DNA of 64,000 nt from Minisyncoccota bacterium (lineage in GTDB: Bacteria; Patescibacteriota; Minisyncoccia; Phycocordibacterales; Zambryskibacteraceae). The stretch lies in contig DATDVZ010000007.1 of assembly GCA_036517475.1 (NCBI GenBank), positions 1,706 to 65,705 on the forward strand. Reading direction: 5' to 3'. Within the stretch, counting starts at the first letter, position 1. Each line of letters starts with the position of its first letter. The position numbers were made by a program, and so were the translations under genes. Shown in pieces: positions 1 through 9,683 of the stretch. The notes under the pieces were generated by a model, which had not been told where the DNA came from, did not search any database, and was given only the letters and a program-made list of their open reading frames with translations.

Positions 1-1227
1 GAATGAATGGACTTTGATTTCAGTCAGTCCTTCACCCAGATAAAAGAGCCTGTCAGCAAATGAAAGAATTCCCCTCGCCTGCGCCTTAAACGGCAGAATT
101 TCCTTCTGTCTGGAGCTCTCATCAACAAAAGAAACCTCTATCTGTCCCGAAGATTTTCTAAGAACAATGTAACCGGAATTATTCCTGATTATTTCAGCAT
201 CAGGGGAAATGCTACTGGCAACTTCTCTGCCTGTAAAAATATCAAGAAGAATCCCTGATGAAAGAAGCACTACCCCGCACTCATAGATTCTCACAGCGGG
301 ATCGTTTTCTCTTTCAATCATTTTTTCAAAAACAAGAGAGCCGGTTGCTAGAGAGAGCTTGACCCTCATCGTCATAGCCTGCTTTGGCACCGACACCCCC
401 GTTTCAAACGGAAATGGCGGGGCAGTGCGCAATCCGCGTTCAAAGACTTCTCTGTACCAATTCAGCAATGAATTGGGAATAAGAGAAAAATTTCGCACTG
501 CACGGTTCAGTCTGACATTCTTTGAGAAAACTGATGCATTATCCTTCATTCTTTTTTCAAGATCTGATCTGTCATAAGAGGGATGTGTGCCTTTATACGG
601 ATGTATTCCTGAAAACAGCTGGAATGTTACTACTGCCCATGAAAACCAGTCGCTATTTTCATCAAATGTTTTGGAATGCCAGTCGCGTATTGAAGGCATC
701 ACTGCAATAGCTCCCCATCGCCCTATTGCCCAAGAATCAACATCTACAATAAGTGGCGAAGGATTACTTCCTTTAAACTTCACAAGCCAGTTGAGCTCAT
801 TGGGATCAACGAGAATTGCCCCGTTATTATGCGCAAAGGCGACAGTCTCGCGCATCTTTTCTGCAAGCTCTTTTGCGTGAGAGGCGCTGAAGCCTTCTCT
901 TTGCCAGAAGTCGTTGGTAAAAACACGTGAGAGCGGATGGGCATCAGCGTAGGGCATGATGTATCCGATCGGCTCTTTTTTTTCCGAATAAGCAAGATCC
1001 AGCGGAGCAACAACGTAGGGACAGTGGAGTTTAGAAAGAATTTTTATCTTATCCGGCAGAGCAAGCGAGCGAAACTGCTTCGGATCACTGTAGATTTTTA
1101 CAACCAGATCAGTACTTAGTCTGTAAATAGAACCCTGACCGCCGGTTGCAATATGGTCTCTTGATTTAAGAGTCACGGTGCCACGGCTACTCAAGAGAAC
1201 TTTTATTGCCGCATTGGCGTTACTCAT
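1..1227 (-). CDS. Ser/Thr protein kinase-like protein (TerY-P triad kinase); C-terminus lies beyond window start
   Basis: Hand translation of minus strand from ATG at 1227-1225 gives an unbroken frame of >400 codons to position 1 (MSNANAAIKVLLSSRG...ATGGQGSIYRL..VVKIY, AFAHNNGAILVDPNELNWLV, DVDSWAIG = Gly-loop/Lys, catalytic-loop-like and DxD-like motifs). Absent from the supplied ORF track because no in-window stop. Start overlaps stop of upstream PP2C gene (ATGA). Confidence 0.6.
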   Translation of the reverse strand, partial: MSNANAAIKVLLSSRGTVTLKSRDHIATGGQGSIYRLSTDLVVKIYSDPKQFRSLALPDKIKILSKLHCPYVVAPLDLAYSEKKEPIGYIMPYADAHPLSRVFTNDFWQREGFSASHAKELAEKMRETVAFAHNNGAILVDPNELNWLVKFKGSNPSPLIVDVDSWAIGRWGAIAVMPSIRDWHSKTFDENSDWFSWAVVTFQLFSGIHPYKGTHPSYDRSDLEKRMKDNASVFSKNVRLNRAVRNFSLIPNSLLNWYREVFERGLRTAPPFPFETGVSVPKQAMTMRVKLSLATGSLVFEKMIERENDPAVRIYECGVVLLSSGILLDIFTGREVASSISPDAEIIRNNSGYIVLRKSSGQIEVSFVDESSRQKEILPFKAQARGILSFADRLFYLGEGLTEIKVHSF

Positions 1228-2084
1228 TCTTCCTCCTTTTGGTCAGTAATTCTTATCACCGCGCCGGAAATATCATCGGATGGCTTAGACCCAGCTTTTT
1301 CAAAATCACGGATTGCCCTCATCATACGGCGCTTGAGAAATTCTCCTTCAAAATTTTTGAAGGAAAGAAATTCCCTTACCGCATCAGTCCACTTAACCCC
1401 CTCGATTTGGGCGACACCGTCGCTAAAGACTGAGAGAATTTCTATTTCATCCATCTCATCTTTTGGAAGAAACTCTGTGACACCAGATATTGCTTCACCG
1501 AGACTAAGTTCATGACTCTCTTCACTTTCACCGGCAGTATCAAGAACGTAAGTGCTTCTTCTGAAACGCAGCGAATTGAGATCGCCGCCATGAGCAGAAA
1601 GAAAACTTTCCAGATTTCCTGCGTATGCAGGATAAATAGGGATGTTATCAATCCATTCATAAAGATTGGCAACTATCCTTCCGTCTTTGTATTTTCTTGC
1701 AATAACTCCGTCTCCTTCTAAATGAAGAATCGCTCTGTCATTCTGAAGGTATGCATAAACTGCAGTTGAAAGAAGATCAGTCTGCGAAAGACCGAGTAAT
1801 TCGCTTGAACTTTTCATAATTTCTGCTGATTTTTCAGAAATTATTTGGCCTGAATTTGCATCAACTAGAGGCGAATTTATTCTGCCCTTCATTGCCCGCA
1901 AGAGTGAGAGTGCCTGAAGGCGGGCGCCAATATCTGTGTGCCTGCCGGAAGAGCAGCCGTCTGAGATGATTGCGCATGCTCTCACTGCATTTGCACCTGA
2001 AAGAGCAAAGTCCTGACATGGCAAACCTTTTTGGTAATGCAGACTTCCGATCTGGAAGTAATGGTCAGCATGAAGTATTTTCAT
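1224..2084 (-). CDS. PP2C-family Ser/Thr protein phosphatase (TerY-P triad phosphatase)
   Basis: 286 aa; ISDGCSSGRHTDIGA and HLEGDGV motifs typical of bacterial PP2C-like phosphatases found next to vWA/kinase; 4-nt overlap with kinase start. Confidence 0.65.
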   Translation of the reverse strand: MKILHADHYFQIGSLHYQKGLPCQDFALSGANAVRACAIISDGCSSGRHTDIGARLQALSLLRAMKGRINSPLVDANSGQIISEKSAEIMKSSSELLGLSQTDLLSTAVYAYLQNDRAILHLEGDGVIARKYKDGRIVANLYEWIDNIPIYPAYAGNLESFLSAHGGDLNSLRFRRSTYVLDTAGESEESHELSLGEAISGVTEFLPKDEMDEIEILSVFSDGVAQIEGVKWTDAVREFLSFKNFEGEFLKRRMMRAIRDFEKAGSKPSDDISGAVIRITDQKEEE

Positions 2085-2111
2085 TTTTTTCTCCTTTTTT
2101 TCTCCAAGGAA

Positions 2112-2136
2112 AAGGGGAACGGCAGTGCCGTTCCCC
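2112..2136 (-). terminator. GC hairpin between vWA and PP2C genes (attenuator/partial terminator candidate)
   Basis: GGGGAACGGCAGTGCCGTTCCCC perfect stem-loop followed on minus strand by T-rich tract, then PP2C RBS/ATG. Confidence 0.35.
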
Positions 2137-2147
2137 GAGTGGTTGTT

Positions 2148-2901
2148 TTATATGGTAGCCGCGATGTTCTGGCTCGGACCACCAGTGCCCAGAGACTGCG
2201 ACTGACTGGAAACTGACTGGGAGATGAAGTTAGCAAGCTTTGCAAGCTTGGATGCAGTTGCGTCCCCCGCATCAATGTATTGCATTCCCGCCTCGCTCTC
2301 CAAGAGTTCAAGACGCGGGCGGAAATTTTGAGCATTGATGCCAACAGCAATACCGATAAGAGACTCAATCTCTTCACCCTGCCGCCCGCGATCCATTTCT
2401 TTGCGGAGCATCTTCGTTGTTGCAGAAGAGGCATTGTCATCTCCATCGGTAACAACAACTACAATGCCGTTAACCAGAAAGTCCTGATCCATGAGCTGTT
2501 TGGCATAGGTGTTTGTGGCACCCAATGCCGAAAAGCAAGCGTCATAGAGAGGAGTGCCGCCACCGGGATAGAGATCAGGATAAGAATCCGGATCAATCTC
2601 GGTTAGAGGCTTAAAACCGTGGATCTCTTCAATCCCGCCAGCAAAGGCAGTTGAGAAAAGAATCACACGCACAAGCATGTTATCCGAACGGGGCGATTTC
2701 TTCAGTGAAGCAATAGCTGTCTTGAGGCACTTTTTCAACTCTGCCTCAAAACCTGAAACCGAACCAGTGACATCAACTGCCACTGTTGCCAAAGTGTACT
2801 CGGTTGCACCGAGTTTCTCCACTTTGGTAGCGGAGAACTTGAAAGCCTGCATACCTCTTATGGAGGCGACCTGCATGCTTTTATCAGTAAGGCGCGGCAT
2901 A
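2148..2901 (-). CDS. von Willebrand factor A (vWA) domain protein, TerY-like
   Basis: VAVDVTGSVSG...VVVVTDGDDN MIDAS-like motifs. Long ORF to 3047 rejected; internal ATG at 2901 preceded by AAGGGAGA RBS and avoids overlap with pncA. Confidence 0.7.
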
Positions 2902-2923
2902 TGATTCTCCCTTTCTTCCGGCC

Positions 2924-3751
2924 TTAGGCCAGAAAATCTTTTGAGGTGGTGAGGGTCATGCCGAGCCTCTGCATATCCTTGAGCCAGTCTGCCGCGATTG
3001 CCGGAAAATCCGGACCGCCAGGCACTGCTCCCACAGGACTCATGCAATCGGTAATGAGCTCAAACTTCTTGATGTGCTCGGTGCCGATATTCTCTGCAAT
3101 CTGATTGACAGTTGTCAAAACGCAGTGGCTTGAAGCTTCTCCCGCAATACCGATTTTGTCGGCAGTGGAGAGCATGTCAAGAACTGCTGTATTGAGAGCC
3201 GTTCCCGGATCTTCAGCGTCGGGAACTTCAGCCATCAATGCACCATAGTGTTCAGTAAAGGGATTAGAGCCCTTGGTGACATAGTCCACAAGCGCAAACT
3301 GATTCTCCGACCAGCGCTGAAGTGAGGCATTGAGATCAGAGTGAACATTGTGACCCCAAGTGCCAATCAGACAATGCTCCGGCCAAACCATCAGAAGATA
3401 CTTGCCGCCGGCTTCCAGACTTCTTGCATACTGCAGAGCCCTTGTGCGAAGCGATGGGTTTCTTGGTGTCCAGAGCCCGGTCTCAATATCGCCTGCGCGA
3501 ATGATTGTAAAAGGCGATGGCCTCTTACCGCTTGCATCAGACCAGAAACCCGGGTGAGCGATGTCAATCTTGCGATGACTGTCCAGCGTGACATGGATGT
3601 CATCGAGCTTGTGCCCGACCCGGTCAATCAATTTGGCAAGCCGCTTCATATCAGCGTCTGCGCCTTTGACCGGCAGAGCAGCCCCTGCGATGTCGCAGAA
3701 GTCATTCTGCGGATCAATGGCCATTAGGTGAACTTTGTAACTGCGTGACAT
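2924..3751 (-). CDS. pncA: isochorismatase-family hydrolase, nicotinamidase-like
   Basis: AIDPQNDF N-terminal Asp motif, conserved Lys and GEASSHCVLTT Cys motif of cysteine hydrolases; adjacent to pncB and nadE. Confidence 0.6.
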   Translation of the reverse strand: MSRSYKVHLMAIDPQNDFCDIAGAALPVKGADADMKRLAKLIDRVGHKLDDIHVTLDSHRKIDIAHPGFWSDASGKRPSPFTIIRAGDIETGLWTPRNPSLRTRALQYARSLEAGGKYLLMVWPEHCLIGTWGHNVHSDLNASLQRWSENQFALVDYVTKGSNPFTEHYGALMAEVPDAEDPGTALNTAVLDMLSTADKIGIAGEASSHCVLTTVNQIAENIGTEHIKKFELITDCMSPVGAVPGGPDFPAIAADWLKDMQRLGMTLTTSKDFLA

Positions 3752-3848
3752 AATTTTTTTCTCCTTTTTGTGGGTTAGTTTTTTGTTACTGTAGCCTGCG
3801 AAATTTTACTTCTTTTCCTCCTTTCTTTATTTTGATTTCAATGTACTA

Positions 3849-3865
3849 AGTGTTCTAAGTACACT
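3849..3865. promoter_or_regulatory. inverted repeat AGTGT-N7-ACACT upstream of pncA
   Basis: AGTGTtctaagtACACT about 95 nt upstream of pncA ATG; same half-sites and spacing as site in front of nadE (5457-5473). Confidence 0.4.
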
Positions 3866-3927
3866 ATATTCTTATGTTATTTATTGTCAAGCATACACTA
3901 ACTAAAATGTGGATAAAATAAAAAAAC

Positions 3928-3958
3928 CCTCGATCGTTTCCAATCGAGGGCTCTATAC
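3928..3958 (-). terminator. rho-independent terminator after pncB
   Basis: Minus strand CCCTCGATTGGAAACGATCGAGGG hairpin followed by TTTTTTT directly after pncB stop. Confidence 0.6.
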
Positions 3959-3960
3959 CT

Positions 3961-5283
3961 TTATACTTTGACGACTTGACTAATTCGGCCTCTGTTGCCG
4001 AATATCCAGATATACCTTTCTATCTCCTCTTTCGGGCCGGTGGCTTTGCCAATATTGTCAGAAAGTTTAACGCAAGGTCTGCCATTTGCACTTACTACTT
4101 TGCAAACCATCGAGAAGGGACGAAGAAGCGGATACTTGGGGTGACAGCCTCTAAAATCATTTCCAAAGAGTGTCCCCCACCCGAATGATAGGTTGATCTT
4201 ATCTCCGAGCTCTTTTTGAATTTCAATCATTGAACCAACATCAAGGCCATCTGATGGAATCATTAGCTTGGACTTAGGATCAACACCGTGGCGCTTGAGC
4301 CAGTTAATATAGCGATACCCTGACTGCACTGGATCTCCTGAATCCTGACGGAAGCCCTTCCAGTCAAGGAGAAACTTCGGAGCATTCTCAAAAAACTGCG
4401 CTGTCCCATATGTATCGGGTAAGAAAATTCTCAGCCCCGGACCATATACCTCTTGCCAAAGAAGAGGCACTCTGTACTGCTGCCGAAGCATTTCCTGCTC
4501 TGAATCCTCTAGAGCAGTAAGGACCATGGGAAGTTCATGGGCATTAGTGCCGATGGGAATCAAATCATAGTGAAATGCCATCCATGTATTTGATGTTCCC
4601 ACAAGCAACTCTGGAAAATTTCTCGCCGTAAAACCAACAGCATGCTTCTGCCAGAGAAAACTATGCCGCCTTCTCTGACAGAAATCTGAAAAGCGAATAT
4701 TGTTATCTGAAAGCAGTTCAAGCTTTCGGATAAGTTTGCCCTCTGCATTTTCATAAATCTCAATCAGATCCTGATCCGGAATACTTCTCATCACAGCGCG
4801 GTTATAGAGCTCATTGACAATTGCTACAGCAATAGTCTCCCACATGGTTGCCGTCTCCCACGGCCCACTGAATTCGAGCTCAATACTCTCGCCTTTCATT
4901 TCAAGCTTGTAGGGAGAGAGCCGAAAGTTTTCGAGAAACTCAAGGTAGCTTTCATTGAACATATTTGCCTGATAGAGATTGATCCCCCGCAGGTAATATA
5001 AGTCAGTGCGCCTGAATGCAACTCCCATCATGTAATCAAGACTTTGACGTAAGTCATCTTCCCTGATCAGGGCTCCAACTAGCACATCAGGATCGCGGAT
5101 GATGAGTTTAAATGTAACCTCTGTACCGCGAAACTTGATAAATATAAACTGTCCCATGGTGAACTTATAGAAGTCCACATCCATGAGAGAGCGTACCGGA
5201 GGGTGAAAACTCGTCTGCGTCTCGCGCACCATGTCTACAAAATCTCTGGCTTTTAATCCCTTCTCAAACTCGGCGGTCTGCAT
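3961..5283 (-). CDS. pncB: nicotinate phosphoribosyltransferase
   Basis: 440 aa; DVDFYKFTM, SGPWETATMWE, GTSNTW, IGTNAHE, RQDSGDP, LSFGWGT, KLSDNIGK match conserved NAPRTase blocks. Confidence 0.8.
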   Translation of the reverse strand: MQTAEFEKGLKARDFVDMVRETQTSFHPPVRSLMDVDFYKFTMGQFIFIKFRGTEVTFKLIIRDPDVLVGALIREDDLRQSLDYMMGVAFRRTDLYYLRGINLYQANMFNESYLEFLENFRLSPYKLEMKGESIELEFSGPWETATMWETIAVAIVNELYNRAVMRSIPDQDLIEIYENAEGKLIRKLELLSDNNIRFSDFCQRRRHSFLWQKHAVGFTARNFPELLVGTSNTWMAFHYDLIPIGTNAHELPMVLTALEDSEQEMLRQQYRVPLLWQEVYGPGLRIFLPDTYGTAQFFENAPKFLLDWKGFRQDSGDPVQSGYRYINWLKRHGVDPKSKLMIPSDGLDVGSMIEIQKELGDKINLSFGWGTLFGNDFRGCHPKYPLLRPFSMVCKVVSANGRPCVKLSDNIGKATGPKEEIERYIWIFGNRGRISQVVKV

Positions 5284-5456
5284 ATCTCCCTCCCTTTTTG
5301 TAGTCGTTAATGTAATTGTGAAAGAACACTTGCCTCATATGAGGCAGAAAACTGGAATGAATTTGATTGCAGTTTTCTGCCACCTATTGCTTTACAAGCT
5401 ATAACATTCTTGATAGTCTTGTCAACATTGATTATGTGTTGTCTTCAATTAAAAAT

Positions 5457-5473
5457 AGTGTATTATTAACACT
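5457..5473. promoter_or_regulatory. inverted repeat AGTGT-N7-ACACT immediately upstream of nadE (within ATAGTGT-N7-ACACTAT)
   Basis: atAGTGTattattaACACTat ends 7 nt before nadE ATG; overlaps expected promoter/leader. Confidence 0.4.
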
Positions 5474-5479
5474 ATATAC

Positions 5480-7426
5480 ATGAGAAATAAAAAGTCAAAT
5501 GCAAATGAATACGGCTTCCTACGCGTTGCCTCAGTAGTACCCGCTCTTAAGCTTGGCAATATTTCATATAATGAAATTGAGATTGAAAAAAGTACCAGAA
5601 GTGCCGAGTCGAAGGGCGCAAGACTTGTGGTTTTTCCCGAGCTTTCAGTAACCGGATATTCTATCGGCGATCTCTTGCATCAGGAAATTATTCTTAAAGA
5701 AACCAAAAAGGCGCTATTATCACTGGCACTGAAATTAAAAAAACTTAATTGTGTTGTGGTGATCGGAGCTCCCCTAGTTATCACCGATAAGCTATTTAAT
5801 ACTGCTGTTGCAATTTCTAAAGGAAAAATAATTGCAATCGTGCCAAAAACCTATCTTCCAAGTTATAAGGAATTCTATGAGAAAAGATGGTTTTCTTCAG
5901 GGAGAGATTGTTCTGTAACAGAGACAATGATAGGTAACCAGAGGGTCTCCGTCGGTACAGATATTCTCCTTAAGATAGATGGCACTCTTGTGGCAATTGA
6001 AATATGTGAAGATCTCTGGAGTGCGCTGCCACCGAGTTCATATCATGCCCTCTCGGGTGCGGGCGTTATTGCCAACCTTTCATCATCAAATGAACTTGTC
6101 GGAAAAGCGCAATACAGGAAGGATTTGATAAAGAATCAATCAGCTAGATGCATTGCTGGATATGTTTACAGCGCATCCGGAGTAAATGAATCCACGATGG
6201 ATATTGTTTTTTCCGGTCATGCAATAATTGCCGAGAACGGGACAATACTTAATGAAGCGGAAACCTTCAGGGGCGATACCCAGATGATTATTTCTGACAT
6301 TGATATTGAACACATACTTGCTGACAGAGAAAGAATTACAAGTTTTGCCGATACGGCATCAGCTAATTTCAGAACTTACAGAACCTTTGAAATCAAACTA
6401 AGCCCAAAAGCAAAAACAGATCTGCTAAGAAGTGTGCCACAAAGACCTTTCATACCTGAAACGAAAGAAGAGTTATATGAAGTAGCCCAAGAGGTATTTA
6501 ATATTCAGGTTGCGGGACTCTCAACAAGGCTCAATCATGCAAAAATAAAAAACGCAGTAATCGGACTCTCCGGAGGGCTTGATTCCACTCTTGCCCTCCT
6601 TGTTGCAATTGAGGCTTTCAAAAAAATTTCCTTGCCTTTAAAAAACATCCACGCATTTACAATGCCGGGATTTGGGACAACCAAAACTACAAAATCAAGC
6701 GCTCACCTGCTCTCAAAGTCAGTGGGAATTAATATAGAGGAGATTGATATTACAGATGGAGTAAGATCGCATTTCAGAGATATAAAGCACAATGAAAGAG
6801 TCGAGGATCAGACATTTGAAAACGTGCAGGCAAGATACAGAACAATGCTTCTTCTAAATAAAGCAAACCAGCTTAGAGCCATTATGATCGGCACTGGAGA
6901 TCTTTCAGAAATCGCTCTTGGCTGGACTACATTTGGCGGCGATCATATGTCCCATTACAATGTGAACTGCGGAGTTCCAAAAACTTTGGTCAAGCACCTA
7001 ATCCAATGGTTTGCCGTAGAATCACAAGATAAAAAATTAAAAACAATACTAAATAAAATTCTTGAAACACCGATTTCTCCGGAACTTAAAAGGCATAGCA
7101 AGGGTAAGATCATTCATAAAACAGAAGATATAATAGGGCCATACGAATTACATGATTTTTTCCTTTACCACTTTATCCGCTGGGGATCAAAGCCTAAGAA
7201 AATATTATTTCTTGCAAAATACGCCTTTTTGAAAAAATACTCTGAACAAAAAATTAAGAATACTCTCAAAATTTTCATAGAAAGATTTTTCAACAACCAA
7301 TGGAAGCGCTCCGTCATGCCAGACGGGCCAAAGGTCGGATCAGTTTCACTTTCACCCCGAGGCGACTGGAGAATGCCATCTGATGCGGATGCAAAACTCT
7401 GGATCAGAGATACTGACACGGCTTGA
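5480..7426 (+). CDS. nadE: glutamine-dependent NAD+ synthetase (nitrilase-like domain + NAD synthetase domain)
   Basis: 648 aa; N-terminal CN-hydrolase motifs (VFPELSVTGY, EICEDLW), C-terminal PP-loop GLSGGLDSTLALLVA. Confidence 0.85.
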   Translation: MRNKKSNANEYGFLRVASVVPALKLGNISYNEIEIEKSTRSAESKGARLVVFPELSVTGYSIGDLLHQEIILKETKKALLSLALKLKKLNCVVVIGAPLVITDKLFNTAVAISKGKIIAIVPKTYLPSYKEFYEKRWFSSGRDCSVTETMIGNQRVSVGTDILLKIDGTLVAIEICEDLWSALPPSSYHALSGAGVIANLSSSNELVGKAQYRKDLIKNQSARCIAGYVYSASGVNESTMDIVFSGHAIIAENGTILNEAETFRGDTQMIISDIDIEHILADRERITSFADTASANFRTYRTFEIKLSPKAKTDLLRSVPQRPFIPETKEELYEVAQEVFNIQVAGLSTRLNHAKIKNAVIGLSGGLDSTLALLVAIEAFKKISLPLKNIHAFTMPGFGTTKTTKSSAHLLSKSVGINIEEIDITDGVRSHFRDIKHNERVEDQTFENVQARYRTMLLLNKANQLRAIMIGTGDLSEIALGWTTFGGDHMSHYNVNCGVPKTLVKHLIQWFAVESQDKKLKTILNKILETPISPELKRHSKGKIIHKTEDIIGPYELHDFFLYHFIRWGSKPKKILFLAKYAFLKKYSEQKIKNTLKIFIERFFNNQWKRSVMPDGPKVGSVSLSPRGDWRMPSDADAKLWIRDTDTA

Positions 7427-7449
7427 CATTATCAAATAATTAAGATAAA

Positions 7450-7935
7450 ATGCAGGAAGATTTGAATTCCCTAAACGAGGAGGAAATAATGGAGACTATC
7501 CTTAAACGAGAAATCCTAGTTTCTCTTGTTGCTAGTCAGGCACATGAAGACTGGCGCAGAGAATGGAAAAGCCAAAATGGTGAAACTGCGAGAGTGAAAA
7601 AGACTACAGATACAGCGTGGGCTGCTGCGCATAATGGTAAAGACCATTTGGATATTGCGGCAACCGCCTACGAAGATCTGCCATCTGATTGGCAAAGGGA
7701 AAATAGGTTGGCTGCAGAAGTTGCGGTTGATGCAGTCATCGCCGCTCTCGAACAAGGAAGAGTAATGGATAGTTTATTTATTGAGGAAGTTTCCGCTATC
7801 TGCCATGAAAAATGGATTGAGCGGAATGCTCTTTGGGCCAGCGCTGAACAAAAACGATCGTATTTTGAACTTCCAGAATCAGAGAAGGAAAAGGATCGCC
7901 TTTTTGTTCGACGAGCGATGGTGGCAGTTGCGTAG
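7450..7935 (+). CDS. hypothetical protein
   Basis: 161-aa ORF, acidic, no recognisable motifs; followed by clean terminator. Confidence 0.4.
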   Translation: MQEDLNSLNEEEIMETILKREILVSLVASQAHEDWRREWKSQNGETARVKKTTDTAWAAAHNGKDHLDIAATAYEDLPSDWQRENRLAAEVAVDAVIAALEQGRVMDSLFIEEVSAICHEKWIERNALWASAEQKRSYFELPESEKEKDRLFVRRAMVAVA

Positions 7936-7943
7936 TGTTTTGC

Positions 7944-7975
7944 TCCCGACGAAGGAGACTTCGTCGGGATTTTTT
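7944..7975 (+). terminator. rho-independent terminator
   Basis: CCCGACGAAGGAGACTTCGTCGGG hairpin + TTTTTTTAT. Confidence 0.65.
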
Positions 7976-9624
7976 TATGGCTTCTCGGCAATTAAAACTA
8001 CATTGGTCGGAGGATAACCAATCTCAACAAGTTTGCCGTCTGTTTTTTCAAATATTTTCACTTTATCTTTATAGCGATTATCAACAATCCATTGATTTGT
8101 ATATACTCGGGATGAATGAGATGGCTGATTCGGGTTTTCTATAATCCTGAAGCCAAGGTTTTTTAAAAATCCTTTCCATTCCTTAAAATCAAAAAAAGTA
8201 AATTCTTCATTCATCTCGCTTTGCCAGTTATCGGCATAATCTTTCTTGCTTAAGAACTCGGCACTATTCCTCAATGTGGTTACAAAAAAGTTCTTTTCAT
8301 CTGCTTTTTCCTCTCTAAAGCGGACTTGAGTATCCTTGCTTCTCTTGCCTTGTATCCTCATGTCATTTAGATAATCATTCGCAAATCTTTTGAATCTAGC
8401 CTCTGTTGAAAGTTTTTTAATGTGTGTCTCTAGCTCATTTGCACTTCCAAAATTCTCAAAAATATCTTCATTTTCTCCGTCCTCGTTGTTAAGCCACAGA
8501 TACACTTCCTTATCTTTATTTTCTGGACCGACAACATCGCGAATTATGAGTCTCCCGCCCGAGCGCATTTGCCTAAATTTCTTTTCAAAATATTTATATA
8601 AGCTTTCTTTTTGGCTGCCATATGACCAGATTTCATGTGTCGTTGAATTGCAGATTGTCGTATCAATGGAATTATCCTCAAAAATTGAATCAAGTAAATT
8701 TTTTTGATGAAAATGAACAAAGGTTCCTCCAAACTCCCCTGCTCTTTGCCTCTCAATACAGCGAGCCATGAATTCAGAAGTAATTTCAATGCCAATAATA
8801 TCTGAATCGGGAAAATCTCTTGCTAAAAGAACAATCAGAGACCCGTCAGCACATCCTTCATCAACAATTTTGCCCGGAACTAGAGCTTCTTTTATATCCT
8901 GATATTTAAGGTTAATAAGTTCGGTATGCCCCATGCCTTGGGCATATGTCGAGTAATTCCTTTCTTCTGTTAATGAACCAGACTCATTTAAAAGCGGGTC
9001 TCGCCATATGCGCCTTATAGTCTCTGGAATTTCAGGAAAATCCCTCCACATAGAAAGGGTTTCCTCGGAAATCATTTCTTCAATTTCCCCAAAACCCTCA
9101 TCAGATTCAGCAAATATTTTTATTATTTCAACAGGAGTGTTTTGTTTTCTTTCTTTTGCATAATAGTCATATTCAGCGGTTAAAACTCCAAATCCTTTTT
9201 TAACATAATCATCAACAAGTTTAGGTGTTGAACATAAAACTAATGTATTTTGAGGATTTAGAGTCAGATGGTCATATGTATTTTCATGAATTTCTTTAAG
9301 AATAAAATCAATATATCGTTCACTGGGAGGATAGTGCGGAATGGCAATAATTCTGTAAGGAGTTGCTGTTTTTTCCTTAACTTTGCTGGCAAATCTGTCT
9401 ATCGCAACTGCTCTTACCCAAAAGGGAACGGGATTATATCTGGAGTTAGATTGATTTGCAGAGGTCACTGCAAAAATTATTTCAGTTATTTTTTCATTAT
9501 CCACCATCTCATGCTTCCCAACTAAATCCATCTGACCAGTAGGAATATTAATTAATTTCTCAATATAATCCTTCTGAAACTTTGTGTTAATAAGATGTCT
9601 GCCTGGAAATAAGAGATATGCCAT
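7975..9624 (-). CDS. two-domain protein: N-terminal nucleotidyltransferase-like region + C-terminal class I SAM-dependent methyltransferase
   Basis: 549 aa; C-terminal half has SAM-binding motif I (VDEGCADGSLIVLLARDFP..DIIGIEI) and post-I acidic motif; N-terminal LLFPGRHLINTKFQ resembles degenerate GRFQPFHKGH cytidylyl/NMN-adenylyltransferase motif (weak). Confidence 0.45.
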   Translation of the reverse strand: MAYLLFPGRHLINTKFQKDYIEKLINIPTGQMDLVGKHEMVDNEKITEIIFAVTSANQSNSRYNPVPFWVRAVAIDRFASKVKEKTATPYRIIAIPHYPPSERYIDFILKEIHENTYDHLTLNPQNTLVLCSTPKLVDDYVKKGFGVLTAEYDYYAKERKQNTPVEIIKIFAESDEGFGEIEEMISEETLSMWRDFPEIPETIRRIWRDPLLNESGSLTEERNYSTYAQGMGHTELINLKYQDIKEALVPGKIVDEGCADGSLIVLLARDFPDSDIIGIEITSEFMARCIERQRAGEFGGTFVHFHQKNLLDSIFEDNSIDTTICNSTTHEIWSYGSQKESLYKYFEKKFRQMRSGGRLIIRDVVGPENKDKEVYLWLNNEDGENEDIFENFGSANELETHIKKLSTEARFKRFANDYLNDMRIQGKRSKDTQVRFREEKADEKNFFVTTLRNSAEFLSKKDYADNWQSEMNEEFTFFDFKEWKGFLKNLGFRIIENPNQPSHSSRVYTNQWIVDNRYKDKVKIFEKTDGKLVEIGYPPTNVVLIAEKP

Positions 9625-9683
9625 AAAATTTATGATTGAAAGCCATTATTTATACAAATAATTCTCATTCATTTTAATATATT

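Noticed and set aside
2902-3047. N-terminal extension of the vWA ORF (ORF-track call 2148..3047)
   Set aside because: Extension overlaps the pncA gene in another frame and has no RBS. The internal ATG at 2901 has an AAGGGAGA Shine-Dalgarno and gives a typical vWA N-terminus.
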